Shown piece by piece: positions 48,990 through 61,700 of a DNA stretch of 64,000 bases. The DNA is from Candidatus Woesearchaeota archaeon (GTDB taxonomy: Archaea; Nanobdellota; Nanobdellia; SCGC-AAA011-G17; PNOQ01). Numbering within the stretch: the first letter of the stretch is position 1; each line of letters starts with the position of its first letter. The position numbers were made by a program, and so were the translations under genes. The notes under the pieces are model-generated. The model was not told the DNA's origin, did not search any database, and saw only the letters and a program-made list of their open reading frames with translations. The stretch is from positions 64,001 through 128,000 of the forward strand of contig JBDRML010000016.1 in NCBI GenBank assembly GCA_043812195.1, written 5' to 3'.

Positions 48990-50269
48990 TTTATCAATAA
49001 CCATTTCCATAATGGAATAAACCTAATACCTTGCTCTTTCTTTTCTAAATCTCTGGTTAACACCATAATCTCTTTAGTTTTTTTAAATAGTTTCTTAAAT
49101 TCTAATAAAGATTTAATCTCCCTCTCATCAATTTCATTTGCATAGCAAACATTTATAGCAGTTAGAGTTTGGTCCCTATTCTTAATCACAAAATCAACTT
49201 CTCCTTTATTTTTCCAATAATAAACATCCTTTTCTCTCCTTTTTAGTTCAATAAAAACCAAATTTTCTGCCAAACGTCCTTCATCCTTTGAAAATTTAAA
49301 TGAAACAGCATTCCTTAAACCATTATCTATACAAAATATCTTAGAAGCAAGAATCTTTTGCTCTTTAAATGAATAAGAAAAATGATCCAAAATAAAAAAC
49401 AAAAAGCTCTCATTGTAATAAGATAAATAATCCTTAATAGTATCATAAGAAATGCCCAAAGAATTTCTTAAGTTCCTCAAAGAAATCAAACTTGTAAAAT
49501 TTGTTACTAAAAATAATGCCAAATCTTTTACTTTTTGGCTATTTAAATTATATCTGTCAATAACATCTTTATATAAAATATCATCAAAATACTGTTCTAA
49601 AATTTTAATTTTGTATCTTTCTGGTTTAAAGAAAATTTCTGGAAAGCCTCCTAAACTTAAATATTTCTTAAAATGTTTTAATATTATATATTTTGTTTTC
49701 TCCAATAAAATACCTTTTTTTAGCTTCACTTTATCTACGAATATTTTTTCAAATAAAAGATATTCAGCAAAAGAAAGAGGAAACACATCAAATGTTAAAT
49801 TTCTTCCTGTAAGAAGAGTAGAATACTCTTTTTTTAATAAATAAGAACAAGAACCTGAAATAATAAATTTATCATCAGTTTTTAAATCATATTTTTTTCT
49901 AATCCACTGCTCCCATCCACTCTTTTTATGAATCTCATCCAAGAATATATATGCTTTTTTATCAGGGTTCAAACTTTCTTTATACATATTATATATATCT
50001 TCAAGACCTAAATTAACTAATTTTTTATCCTCCAAATTTACAAATAATATTTGTTTTGGATTTATTCCTTTTTTAATCAAATTATCAACCATTTGATACA
50101 TTAAAGTGCTTTTCCCAGACCTCCTAACACCAGTAATTACTGTTATCTCTCTAATATCAATAGAATTAACCAAATCAATATAATCAGACCTATCTTTTCC
50201 TTTCAAATCCCTTATTAATCCTGGCTCTTCCCACCAAGGATTCCATTCTTTTAAAATTTCTATTATCAT
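48986..50269 (-). CDS. AAA_14 / DUF4143 ATP-binding protein
   Basis: NPWW, GVRRSGKS, FLDEI, LTGR, GGFPE, EVDFV; paralog of 4145..5413. Confidence 0.9.
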   Translation of the reverse strand: MIIEILKEWNPWWEEPGLIRDLKGKDRSDYIDLVNSIDIREITVITGVRRSGKSTLMYQMVDNLIKKGINPKQILFVNLEDKKLVNLGLEDIYNMYKESLNPDKKAYIFLDEIHKKSGWEQWIRKKYDLKTDDKFIISGSCSYLLKKEYSTLLTGRNLTFDVFPLSFAEYLLFEKIFVDKVKLKKGILLEKTKYIILKHFKKYLSLGGFPEIFFKPERYKIKILEQYFDDILYKDVIDRYNLNSQKVKDLALFLVTNFTSLISLRNLRNSLGISYDTIKDYLSYYNESFLFFILDHFSYSFKEQKILASKIFCIDNGLRNAVSFKFSKDEGRLAENLVFIELKRREKDVYYWKNKGEVDFVIKNRDQTLTAINVCYANEIDEREIKSLLEFKKLFKKTKEIMVLTRDLEKKEQGIRFIPLWKWLLIK

Positions 50270-50322
50270 GTTACGTTTTAGTGTAACATCTTATATATAA
50301 ATGTTACGTTTTAGTGTAACAT
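50268..50322. promoter_or_regulatory. Two identical 22-bp palindromic operators around a TATA box
   Basis: ATGTTAC-GTTTTAGT-GTAACAT at 50268-50289 and 50301-50322, flanking TTATATATAA. Confidence 0.75.
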
Positions 50323-50476
50323 TCACTTCTTTTTCCTCCCCTTAAGTTTGAAATAAACAAACCTTCATTTTATCAACAGCCATTTCCATAATGGAATAAA
50401 ACTAACTTATTCTTAGATAGTATGAAAAACCAAACATTTATATAATCTTTCTTACATATCTTACTACTAAGAAAAA

Positions 50477-50731
50477 ATGAAAGAAGAAATAAAAGATATA
50501 AGGACCGTAAAAATAACGGAGAAAGGGCAAATTTGTATTCCTAATGTTGCGAGAGATCTCGCAGGATTTAGTAAAGGAACAAAAATAAGCATAGTAGTTT
50601 ATAATGATAGAGTCGAATTAAGACCCTTAAAAAAAATTAGCAAAGATATGCTTTCTGCTTTAATCTCAGAGGAAGTTCTTGCAGAAGCATGGAATACTCC
50701 AGAAGAGGATGAAGCATGGAAAGATTTGTAA
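50477..50731 (+). CDS. AbrB/MazE antitoxin
   Basis: VKITEKGQICIP..R; C-terminal WNTPEEDEAWKDL. Confidence 0.88.
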   Translation: MKEEIKDIRTVKITEKGQICIPNVARDLAGFSKGTKISIVVYNDRVELRPLKKISKDMLSALISEEVLAEAWNTPEEDEAWKDL

Positions 50732-51057
50732 ATTACGAAAAGGGTGATGTGGTTATTTTTCAATTTCCTTTTTCTGAAGGGGAAAAGGTAAAAAAGAGAC
50801 CTTCTTTAGTTGTAGCTAAACTCAAGGGAAATAGTGTTATACTCTGCCAGATTACTGGACAACCAAGACCAGACCCCAACATACTTGAATTAAAAAGTGA
50901 GGAATTTCTATCAGGAGGAATTTTTAGAGATAGTTATATTCGCCCATCAATTTTATTTACAATTAATAAATCTCGGATAGATTACAAGGCAGGAAAACTA
51001 AAACAAGAAAAAATTAAACAGGTTGAAAAAGAACTTATAAAAATTTTTACTCAATAA
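50716..51057 (+). CDS. PemK/MazF toxin
   Basis: KGDVV..FPFS...KKRP.LVV..CQIT. Confidence 0.9.
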   Translation: MERFVNYEKGDVVIFQFPFSEGEKVKKRPSLVVAKLKGNSVILCQITGQPRPDPNILELKSEEFLSGGIFRDSYIRPSILFTINKSRIDYKAGKLKQEKIKQVEKELIKIFTQ

Positions 51058-51076
51058 AATTCCCCCCAAGATTAAT

Positions 51077-52285
51077 TCATTTTTTCTTCCTATTCTTAAA
51101 TTTGAAGTATACAAACCAGCCTATATTAATTATCACTAATAATCCTATAGCAATTATAGTCCAATTAGCTCCGCCTCCACCAGGACCTCCAGTAACAGCA
51201 CCTGTTCCAAATGCATCAAAATATATAGAAGTTAAAGATATATGTGCTTTCATATCTTGCGATTTGCTTTGTTGATTATAATAAAGAACAATAGTTGCAT
51301 CATAAACTCCTTCATCAATTCCAGCTGTATCCCAATATGCAATCAATGTTTCTTTGGACAATGCAGATACGTCCTCGCTAGCGCTCTTAAATTTACCTAT
51401 TTCTGTCCCGCTTTCTTTAATAATCAATTCTGTATAAACTTCTTTCATAATATCTGCCCAATTATTTTCAACCAAAATTTCAAATTTGGCTATTTGACCT
51501 AATTTAAAGTCTCTCACACTAATATCTTTTATCTCAATTTCAGCATTACCAACATTAAAAGTCTTATCAGCTTCTGTTACATCTCCGTCATAACTAACAC
51601 TTAATTTAGCATAATATTTTCCAGGATTAATACTTCCACTCCATACAGCATTAAACTCTGCTCTTTCTTTAGATTCAATAGAACCAGATTCAGAAACAAC
51701 ACTAGCTATTTTCTCATTAGTAGGTCCATAAATATCTATAGTTCCTTTAGCCTCGACAATTTTTTGAGTACCCAAATTATTTACAACAACTATAAAATTA
51801 ACCTGATCAGTTCTTCCAGTTTCAGCTACTTTTAATTCAGCAATAGCGTATTTTCCAGGATAAGGAACATTAATTTTTAATTGTGAAACAACAGCTATAC
51901 TTGCACTAACAGATGTTCCATCTAAAGCTTGTTTTATAGGAATCTCTCTAGCTACAATCTCTATAGTATGTTCTCCAGGTTTTTCTATATTCTGAGGCAG
52001 TTTATATTTATATGAAACTTCTTTCTGATCTTCAGAAGAACTAAATATCAATTCAGTAGTACTTAAACTTACTAAATTAGCTAACTCACCTTCAGCATAT
52101 AAAACAACTTTCATATCTTTTTGATCATTATTAACGATTTTAATTCCAACACTCTCTTCTAAACCTGGCTCAAAATAAACAACCTTCCTAGCAGGAGCAA
52201 TACCTAAAGCAAAAACATTTTGTATTAATAAAATTGCAAAGACTAACAAAACAATACACAATCCTATTTTTTTATCCATTTTCAT
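51077..52285 (-). CDS. Ig-like membrane-anchored protein in the giant-protein operon
   Basis: Signal peptide, LGIAP.., N.G, PGKY.A beta-sandwich repeats, C-terminal TM. Confidence 0.7.
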   Translation of the reverse strand: MKMDKKIGLCIVLLVFAILLIQNVFALGIAPARKVVYFEPGLEESVGIKIVNNDQKDMKVVLYAEGELANLVSLSTTELIFSSSEDQKEVSYKYKLPQNIEKPGEHTIEIVAREIPIKQALDGTSVSASIAVVSQLKINVPYPGKYAIAELKVAETGRTDQVNFIVVVNNLGTQKIVEAKGTIDIYGPTNEKIASVVSESGSIESKERAEFNAVWSGSINPGKYYAKLSVSYDGDVTEADKTFNVGNAEIEIKDISVRDFKLGQIAKFEILVENNWADIMKEVYTELIIKESGTEIGKFKSASEDVSALSKETLIAYWDTAGIDEGVYDATIVLYYNQQSKSQDMKAHISLTSIYFDAFGTGAVTGGPGGGGANWTIIAIGLLVIINIGWFVYFKFKNRKKK

Positions 52286-52761
52286 TTTTGCCTTATAGTA
52301 TAATTCTCTCCTTTCTCAATATTTATTTCATCATCAATATCTAAAACAGCACCACCTGTAATTCCACCAATTAGAATAGGAGTATTTCCTTTATTCCTCA
52401 ATTTATTATCTACTTCTACTTTAATCATAGAATCAATAATAAAATAACCAGTAATACTTTCTTTATCATTTGAAATGACTTTCCAGTAATATTCTCCAAA
52501 TTCTAAATTGTCTTCAAACTCAAATTTATTATCCTCCAATAAAACATCAACTATTGGAGCATTAAACTCAGAATCTTCTCCAACTAACAATCTATAATCA
52601 TTATCAAATCCGCTCCAGCTCAAAACCGGTTCTCTATCATAAATCACACCAACAGGAGATAATAATATAATATTATTTAATAAAATCACAATTCCAATTA
52701 TTACTATACTTACTACTAATGAAATCCATCCAATCATCCTTTTTTTATTTTTTATTTTCAT
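52282..52761 (-). CDS. Small membrane-anchored FN3/Ig-like protein
   Basis: TM followed by P.LSW..Y.L.V..EF..P..YYWKV. Confidence 0.65.
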   Translation of the reverse strand: MKIKNKKRMIGWISLVVSIVIIGIVILLNNIILLSPVGVIYDREPVLSWSGFDNDYRLLVGEDSEFNAPIVDVLLEDNKFEFEDNLEFGEYYWKVISNDKESITGYFIIDSMIKVEVDNKLRNKGNTPILIGGITGGAVLDIDDEINIEKGENYTIRQK

Positions 52762-55700
52762 ACTTCAGACATTACTCCCTTAAACACTACTTCTGATGTC
52801 TTAAATCCTACAGGCTCATCAATCGGTGTAGTCAATAAAATATCAACTTCAGCAGTATCACTAGCAGCATTATATAATAAATCTCTTATAACAACAACTA
52901 AATCTGCAATAATCGATGTCCATGTAGTTATAGAACCAGTTGTATTAAACGAACCAGCTTCGCCAGTGCTGTCTGCCTTAAACTGATAATTATCCTCTCC
53001 CAATAAAGCCTGTTCAAATAATTGTGAAGCATTCACACTAACATTAGTTAAAACATTTCCATCATTCTCAACAACAAATGGAGAAGGAGTATTATCAGTG
53101 CTATTATCAGTAGCACCTGGAGCCAAATTTCCAAAGTCAAGAGAATCTGTAACTAATGATATTGATAATAAACTTTCTATTGTAAAATTCCAAGTAGCAC
53201 TCCAAGTTCCATTTCCAGCACCAAATCCAGAATCTGCAGCTCTAACTTTCCAATAATAATTTGTATCAAGACTTAAAGTACCATCAACAGGGGTATACGT
53301 TAAAGCTTCTATTTCTGATACATTTATTTCAGGAGCGCCAAATCCAGAATCATCATCCACCTGAATCTGAAAATTAAAGATATCATTATCTGAATCGCTA
53401 GCATTATTCCAAATAAAAGTGGGTGACCTATCTCGAGTTACATTCTCATCTTCAGGAGAAGACAAAGTTACTTGGGTAGGCAAAGTATTCAATATTTGAA
53501 CAGAAGTCGAATTATATCCATCCCCCACATTATCACCATCTGAAGGTATTATTTCGCATATCCATTCTTGCTGTTTATAAGTATCTGAAGTATTCGTTAA
53601 ATTAACAGCAGATGTTGTTCCATTTTTAACTTCAAGCTGTCCAGTTTCATAAACATCTCCACTAGTATTATTAAACCAATTATAATTTGCTAAAACAGTA
53701 GCATTATCTGGGTCTATTATTGTAAAAGTGCAATTAAGAGCATTATCAGTATATGCTGTAGAGGGATATATTATAGGTGTAGATGCATTTGGTGTTAAGT
53801 CTGCAACATATTCTAATTCAATAGTGTCTGTGAATACTGAATTATGTGAATAATCTGAATTTTTATTTTTATAATGTTCAATATAATAACCTTCAGCAGC
53901 AAATTCTATTTTTTTGTATTCTTTAGGAGCATTAAATTCTAAATAATATTCATCTCCTTGATTCATAATTAAATAATTATTATCAGATTTGCTTAATAAA
54001 ATCTTATTTATAAGATTATCATCAAAACCGTATTTGTCTTTTCCAATAGATTTTAATTCAATTACTTTTTCTCCGTTAACCAATAAATAAATTTTATCTA
54101 GATAAGTTGTTTCATCTAATTCTTCAGTTATTTTTAGTTTGATTTTATTATTTTCAATCTCACTGTTACTTATATCTGTAAATGATTCATATTCTTTTTC
54201 AGGAGCTGTTGCTCCTGCAATAAAGTCTGAATTAAATTTATATTCTTCATTTTTATAAATATAAACAAATGGGGAAACAAGTCCGTGGCAATCATCCCAG
54301 TTAATACAAGCTGTGCAATCAATATTGCAACCTTCATTCCCTGCACAAGTAATACCATCTTCCACATAACTATCATACCAATAGCCACCTGTCCATTCGC
54401 ATACCTCTTGTTGTCCTGAATCACAAACCTCATCGCCTTCTAAAATACCATTACCACAATTAGCACCAACATACTTCCTACTACTAACCAAAACAGCAAC
54501 TCTCTTATCACTTGAATTTATAAAATCATTAGCACCAGAACTAATAGTCTCAAGTACAGTCTGATCAGTAGCACCAGTAAAGTCAGTATAATTAACTTGA
54601 TACCAAAAAGCTCCAGTCCAATTCCAAAAACTAATATTAGTCAAATAATTAGCCTCAGTCTCCCCATAACCTTCCCAAGTAACAGTTAAATTAGCAACAT
54701 CAGTATAATTTATAGTATAAACAAATATCTGACTGTCAATTTCTCCATCTGTAGCAGCCAATGTAGTACTCCATCTAGTATTATCACTAGAATTTACTGC
54801 ATTGTAATCATCTTCTGTAGAAGTATTATCAAAATCACTCGGAACAGTAGGCACCCCCAAATTCTCATATGCTATAAAACTATTATTGATAGTAAAAGAC
54901 CAATTAGCACTCGCCCAATCACTAGTTCCCTCAGCATCATAAGCCAAACAATTCCAAATATATCCGCCATTTGTAACATTAGTTAAATTAAATTTCACAA
55001 TGCCACTAGTTCCACTAACATCTATTGTTAGATTACTAGTCCAATATCCACTTTGATTGGTGTACAAAGTAAGATTTTTTAAATTTACATCTTCGCTAGC
55101 ATTACAAGTCAAACTAATATGAGGAGATATTGTATTATAAGTAGTGTCTGGAGATTCTAGTGTCACATTCGGTGCTAAATTAGTATTATAAGTCAAAGGC
55201 ATATAATCAATCTCCCCTTCTCCTAAATTATAACCAGCTTCACAAATTCCATCTCCACTACTATCTGTACAATTCTCAGAATATCCAGTTTCAGTAGGAT
55301 TAGCCCAGTAATTTCCAGCTATAAAGCTCCCGCTAATTATATTAGTTCCACTTTCTTTTGTAGCATTCCAAAAATTATCAGCACCATTAACAGTAGGTGC
55401 ATTATTACTATTATTAAAGAAATTATCATAAACAAAATTGTTATCATCTGTACTTACAGAAAAATAAATTCCATAATTAGAATTATTTGTAATATTCATT
55501 CTAGTAAAATTATTATTATTAAAACTACCATTTGAAACAATACCATCATAATTATCCCTTATAATTGAATCACTAAAATTATTATAATCGTTTCCAGAAA
55601 AAGAATAAATCCCTCTATCATCAGTACCATCTTGATCTTCAATAGTTAAATTATAAAATGCATTGTAATCAGAACCAGATAAATACAATCCATTTCTAAC

Positions 55701-58700
55701 ATTAGCATAGAACCTAGAATCTTTAACTATATTAAAGTCTGCATTACTAAAAACAATTCCATCACGAGAATTAGTATGCAATGTTAAATTAGTAAAGTTG
55801 TTATAAGTTATAACATTAGTAGAAAATCCTTCAAAACCATTAGCAGTTGCAGTCAAATTATCAAAATAATTATTATCAGAATTACTTATTAAAAACCCAT
55901 GAACATCAGCATCATCACCAGATGTATTATATATAAAAGATTCATCAACATAAGCCCAATAAACACCATAATTAAAATCACTTAAATGACAATTTCTTAT
56001 AGTTATATTAGTTAATTCATTACCTGAAGTACGGGCAGAGTATATTGCATTCCCAGAAATTGTTCCATCTAAAGCATAATTTCCACAATCTAATTCAACA
56101 TCATCAGAATCAATAATTATACAATCAGAGTTATAATCACTAACACTAGCATTTATTCTATAACTGCCTGGACCAGTAATATTATCTCCACATGTAACAT
56201 TATTAGTAATAAAAGATACGCTGCTATTAACACCAGTTCCATAACTTATTCCATCATAAGGTATTATCCCACATGTCCAATTTTCTCCATTCGAAGTATT
56301 TCCACTGCCCAAATAAATTATAGCTTCAGTATTATTAATCACTTCATCCTGTCCACTTAACTGAACAACTCCATCTTGATACCAAGTATAATTAGCCAAA
56401 ATAGTGACATTATCTTTATCAGTCAAAGTAAATGTACAATTCAAATTATTATAAAGTTTAGCTGTTGTAGGAATTAAAGTTGGACCTGATTTAATAGTTG
56501 ATTTTGCATAAACATCTAATACAATATAATTACTATTCAAAGAGCCACTTAACCCAGCCCCTTCTTCAGCAGAAACCAAAACAACCACTTTGTTAGTACT
56601 AAATTGAACATAATTAGTAGGGGAAGTTGTAGATGCTGTTAGATTCATATCCTTAGCTTCATCAAAATCATAACCATCAAATGGTGACCACCCTTCAGCC
56701 ACATAATTCAATAAAGAAATATTTGTATTTTGTATAGATACGCTAGCAGGTCCATAACCTACCCAACGGACAGTAAGGTTACCTATATCAGCAGCAGCAA
56801 AATCACTATAAAAAACAAATATCTGAGATTCAATTCCACTATCTGCGCTTAAATCAGTTTGCCATCTCACTAAATCACTAGAATTTAAAGCATTATAATC
56901 TTCTTCAAGAGCTTCAGAATCAAAATCACTATCATCAGTTGGAGTTCCTAATTTTTCATAAGCTCTAAAACGATTGCTTATATTAACTGTCCAATTTGAA
57001 TTACCCCAATCACTATTATCATTAGTATCATAAGCCAAACAATTCCATATATAACCGCCATTAGTCACATTAGTCAAATTAAATTTAACACTTGAGTTTC
57101 CACTAATACCCACACTTTGATTCAACATCCAGCTACCCGTCTGATTAGTATAAAGAGATATATTATTCAAATTTCCATTATCAGTAGCATTACAAGTTAA
57201 ACTAACATATGGAGAAATTGTAACATAACCTGTATCTGGAGATTCTAACGTTACATTTGGTGAATCAAAATCTCCAATTGTAATTTCTCTAACCTCTGTA
57301 GAATTAGTTGCAGAAAAAGAATCAATTGCAAAAGTTTGGTATGTATAATTCCCTTTATCCAAAACACTAGTAGCATTTTTAGTCTGATTTATATTTAGGT
57401 TCCATTTACCAGAATCATATTTATTTAAATTAGATTTATACATAAATTGAATCTCATCTGGACTAAGACTTTTGTTCCAAATTCTGACTTCATCAATTAG
57501 ACCATTCCAGCCCGTAACAAAAATATTATGTTGACTTATCTGTAAAATACCATTAGAATGTGTAATTCCATCCGTATAAACACTAGAATCAACTAAAATC
57601 CCATCAATATATAACATTACTGTTGTTCCATTATAAACTCCTGTTAAATATATCCATTTATTATCATCTGCAATTGTAGTAGTTGCAATATTAGTATAAT
57701 TAGTAACCCAAAATGCTATATCATTATTAGTCTCAATACTCCCCAACATATAACCATCTTCCCAATTACCATTACTCATTTTTGATACAACACTCCCATA
57801 AATATGCCAATCATAACGATAAACCCATGCAGCTATTGTTATATTAGCAGGTTTTAAAGAACCAGAATCATTAACCTGAATACCATCATCAGCGATACCA
57901 GTAGAAAATCTTCCAGCTCCACCATATTTTCCACTAGAATTCCATCTCATACTATATCCAGCTGTAGAAGATCCACTATTATTATATCCACTTAAATCAA
58001 CCAAGTAAGAATTCTCACCACCCTCACCAGAAATATCTTCACCAATCTCACTCACATTATCAAAATTATACATCAAAACAAGATTATCATCATATATTGA
58101 ATAATTAGTTCCATTCCAATTATATATAACTTGATTTATGTCATCACCGCTATCATTTATACTTACATTTATAATAAAAGAAGTATTCAATGTTGATGTA
58201 GCATTCGCAGGCGTAGGTTCTGAAAAAGATATGCTTGGAGCAGGATAAGTTCCAGAATTTAATTCTATATAGTCTGTGTATAATGTATTATGTAAATGAT
58301 TCTCATTAGAAGCAAAATTTATATTATCTGAATTAGAGTATTTATTATCTTGAGCATTTAAATTTCCATTAATTAATGTAGAACTAAAAATTAAAAGAAT
58401 TATTAAAATTACCATAAAAATAAACTCCAAAATAAATATCCATTTTTCATTTTTCTTAATAACAAACAAATAAGCTAAAACAGCAAAAGGAATTGAAACA
58501 AAAATTAGATATTTTATAGGATAAAAGATAGGAACTAAAATAAAAGAAGCAGCTAATAAAATGCCTATTATTCTTTTGCCATTATTTAACCCGAAAATGG
58601 TAGGAATTGTTTTTATTGAATTAAATTTATCTCCATAATAATCTTTAATATCTTTTAATGTTGAAGATATCGTAAATATAAAAAAGATTAATAAAATAAT

Positions 58701-61700
58701 TTCAGAGGGGATTATAGAAAAAGTATTTTCTCCTAAAATTAAGGAGGCCCCAAATAATACAGCCAATAAACTACATAATCCAATAAGAACATTAGGTATT
58801 AAAAAGTATTTTCTAAATCTAAATGGTGGAGCAGAATATATAAAAGAATATGCAATCATAAAATAAATAATTAAATTAGTAGAATAATAATTCACAAAAG
58901 CAGCAAATAATACAGAAAGTATGAAAAATAATAAGATATAAATTTTATAAGTTTCCTTATTTATTATTCCACTAATAAGAGGTCTATTTTTATTAGAAAT
59001 CTTATCTATTTTTACATCAAATAAGTCATTAAGACCCACTGCAAACAACCAAGCAAATATCATTGATAGCAACAAAAAGATAATTTTTAGTATGTTAAGA
59101 TCCATTATATTCCCATTTTTATAGAAAATTGCAAGAGAAATACCAAGAAGAGTTAATAAAGAGTAATGAATTGTCCTAAATAGTCTTATATTTTTTAATA
59201 GGATTAAACAAATCTTTTTGTTTATTTTAAAAAATTTGAAATCAATAAATTTTTGTATCTTAATTCCGTGATTAATCAACAAAAAGATAATTATAGTAAT
59301 AACACTAATTACAAAAAGTATAATAAAAAAGTCTAGGGGATACTTTAATGTATAATCAATATTAAAAATAGATAACACAAAATCAAAAATAGCAGGTAAT
59401 GCCATATAAAAAAATATGATGGTATAAACTCCTAAGATAGATATTAATGTTCTTATCCAACTTTTTGTTTTAGATAATATGTAAACACCAACCATAAAAC
59501 AAATTATTGCTATTTCAATCTTAATACCAATTGTAGCCCCAAAGTTAAATAAAGATGAATTATAAAATGAAAAATAATTTTTCAGTATATTATTAAATAT
59601 ATAGGTCATTATAAAATGTTTATTAAAATAAAGGATAGCATCCAATAAAGGTGCAATTAATGTAATAAGCCAACCAAATGTTACAATCTTGGATACTTTT
59701 GAGATATTCTCTTTAGATACAAAAGCTAAAAATAATGTAATTGAAAAGAATAAAGCTATCCAAAAAAATGAAAATTCAAAATGATGTAACCAAGATAATA
59801 ATAAAGAAGGAGTCTCTATAATATTTTCCAAAAAATCTCTAATTAAAGTTATTGATAAAAAAGAAACAATCCATAATAAAATAGGTGCTCTAATATTTTC
59901 TATCTTACTAAAAAAAGCGTTACAATTAGCAAGTTTATCATTAATATATTTATTTTTCAATCCAGTATAGATTAACAATCCAAGAAGGGAAATTACAAAC
60001 ACAAAAATTAAAATATATCTAATTAATTCTTTATCATTTGCCTGTAAATTTTTTTCTTGTATTTTTCCTAAATCATTAAAAGTTTCATTGTTAAATTCAT
60101 TTATTAAATTATTTTTTATATAATAACCCTCAGCAGCGAATTCTAAATTGGTGTAATCATAAGGTATCGTAAAATCTATATAATATTCATCACCTTTATT
60201 TACAATTAAATAATTATTATCTGATTTTTCCAATAATGATTGGATGTTATAGTTAGAGATATTTATTCCAGTTATTTTATCATTATCAATTCTTAAATAA
60301 ACATAATCCAGATAAGTCGTTTCATCCAACTCTTCTGTTATTTTTAATTTTACATTTCCATTATTATTTTTTAGATTACTTATATCTGTAAATGATACAT
60401 ATTCTTTTTCTACAGAATTTGCTTTAGGAATAAAATCGGATATTTTGTAATATTCATTTCCATCATAACCATACAAAAATGGTGAAGCTGGTAAAGAATA
60501 ATTTACTTCCACAAAAACAAGAGTTATTCTTATATCAATAGATCTTCCTGCTGAAACTGATTTTGCTCTTGAGTGAACAGTAACAGAATTTATCATTGAA
60601 TCGGTTGGAATATTAGAAGAAGGAATATCATATAACTCTGTAACTCCATATCCACCTTCAATATTTTCATGTATACCTATCTGTAAAGAATCTATGTCTG
60701 ATATTTCCCATGAATTACTATCAGAGGGCCTTGTTGTCCATGAACTACTAAAGTTTAAGTAGCTAGTTGGGGTAGACATACCAACACCACAAGTTACTAT
60801 ACTATTTTCTAAAACACATCGAGAATGTCCCATATAAACAAGTGGCTGAATACTTGTTTGAGCCACATATGTAGTGTCATCATCTGCAACGCTCTCATTA
60901 ACTTTATCATAATGAGATCCAGAATCTGGATATTGAGTAGTATAATTAGTACTAATTCCTGCAGCATTAGGTCTTAAAATAGCTCTGCATGTTCCATCAC
61001 CATTATCAAAATGTCCTTCTCCACAACTAACAGCACCTGCAGCATATTTTACACTACTAACCAAAACAGCAACTCTTTTATCACTTGAATTTATAAAATT
61101 ATTAATTCCAGATCCAATAAATCCATAAAGTGTCTGATCTGCAGCACTAGTAAAATCAGTAGCATTAACTTGATACCATTGGCTTCCTGTCCAATTCCAA
61201 AAACTTATATTTGTATAATATCCTGCCTGTGTTTCTCCATAACCTTCCCAAGTAACTGTTAAATTATCAAAATAAATATCAGTAGTATTAAAAACAAAAA
61301 TTTGGCTATCATATTCTCCATCTGCAGTTGCCAAATCAGTTACCCAATGAGAATCATCACTTGCAGTAAGGTTTGTATATCCACTTGAGCTTGCTTGACT
61401 AGTATAATTATCAAGTGAAATTGGAATTCCTATTGTCTCAAAAGCACTTAATTTACCACTACTGTAATTATATGCAGTATTATTAGCATAAGCAATTTGC
61501 CCACCATAATTAAATTCCAAATAATGCCCACCACTAGTCAAAACCTTACTAAACTCATAACCAGTTTCATTGCAAGAATAATCTGAAATAAAAACAGAAT
61601 CATTAATCCAAGAATAATCTAATAAATTATCACCACATTTTACTTCTAAAAACTTAAGGTCATAATTTTCATTTTCATTACTCCATTCAGTACCTTCAAT

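Larger units (their letters stand above)
48983..50400. repeat. 39-bp direct repeat flanking the AAA gene (48983-49021, 50362-50400)
   Basis: 37/39 identical; both copies encode FIPLWKWLLIK*. Confidence 0.88.
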
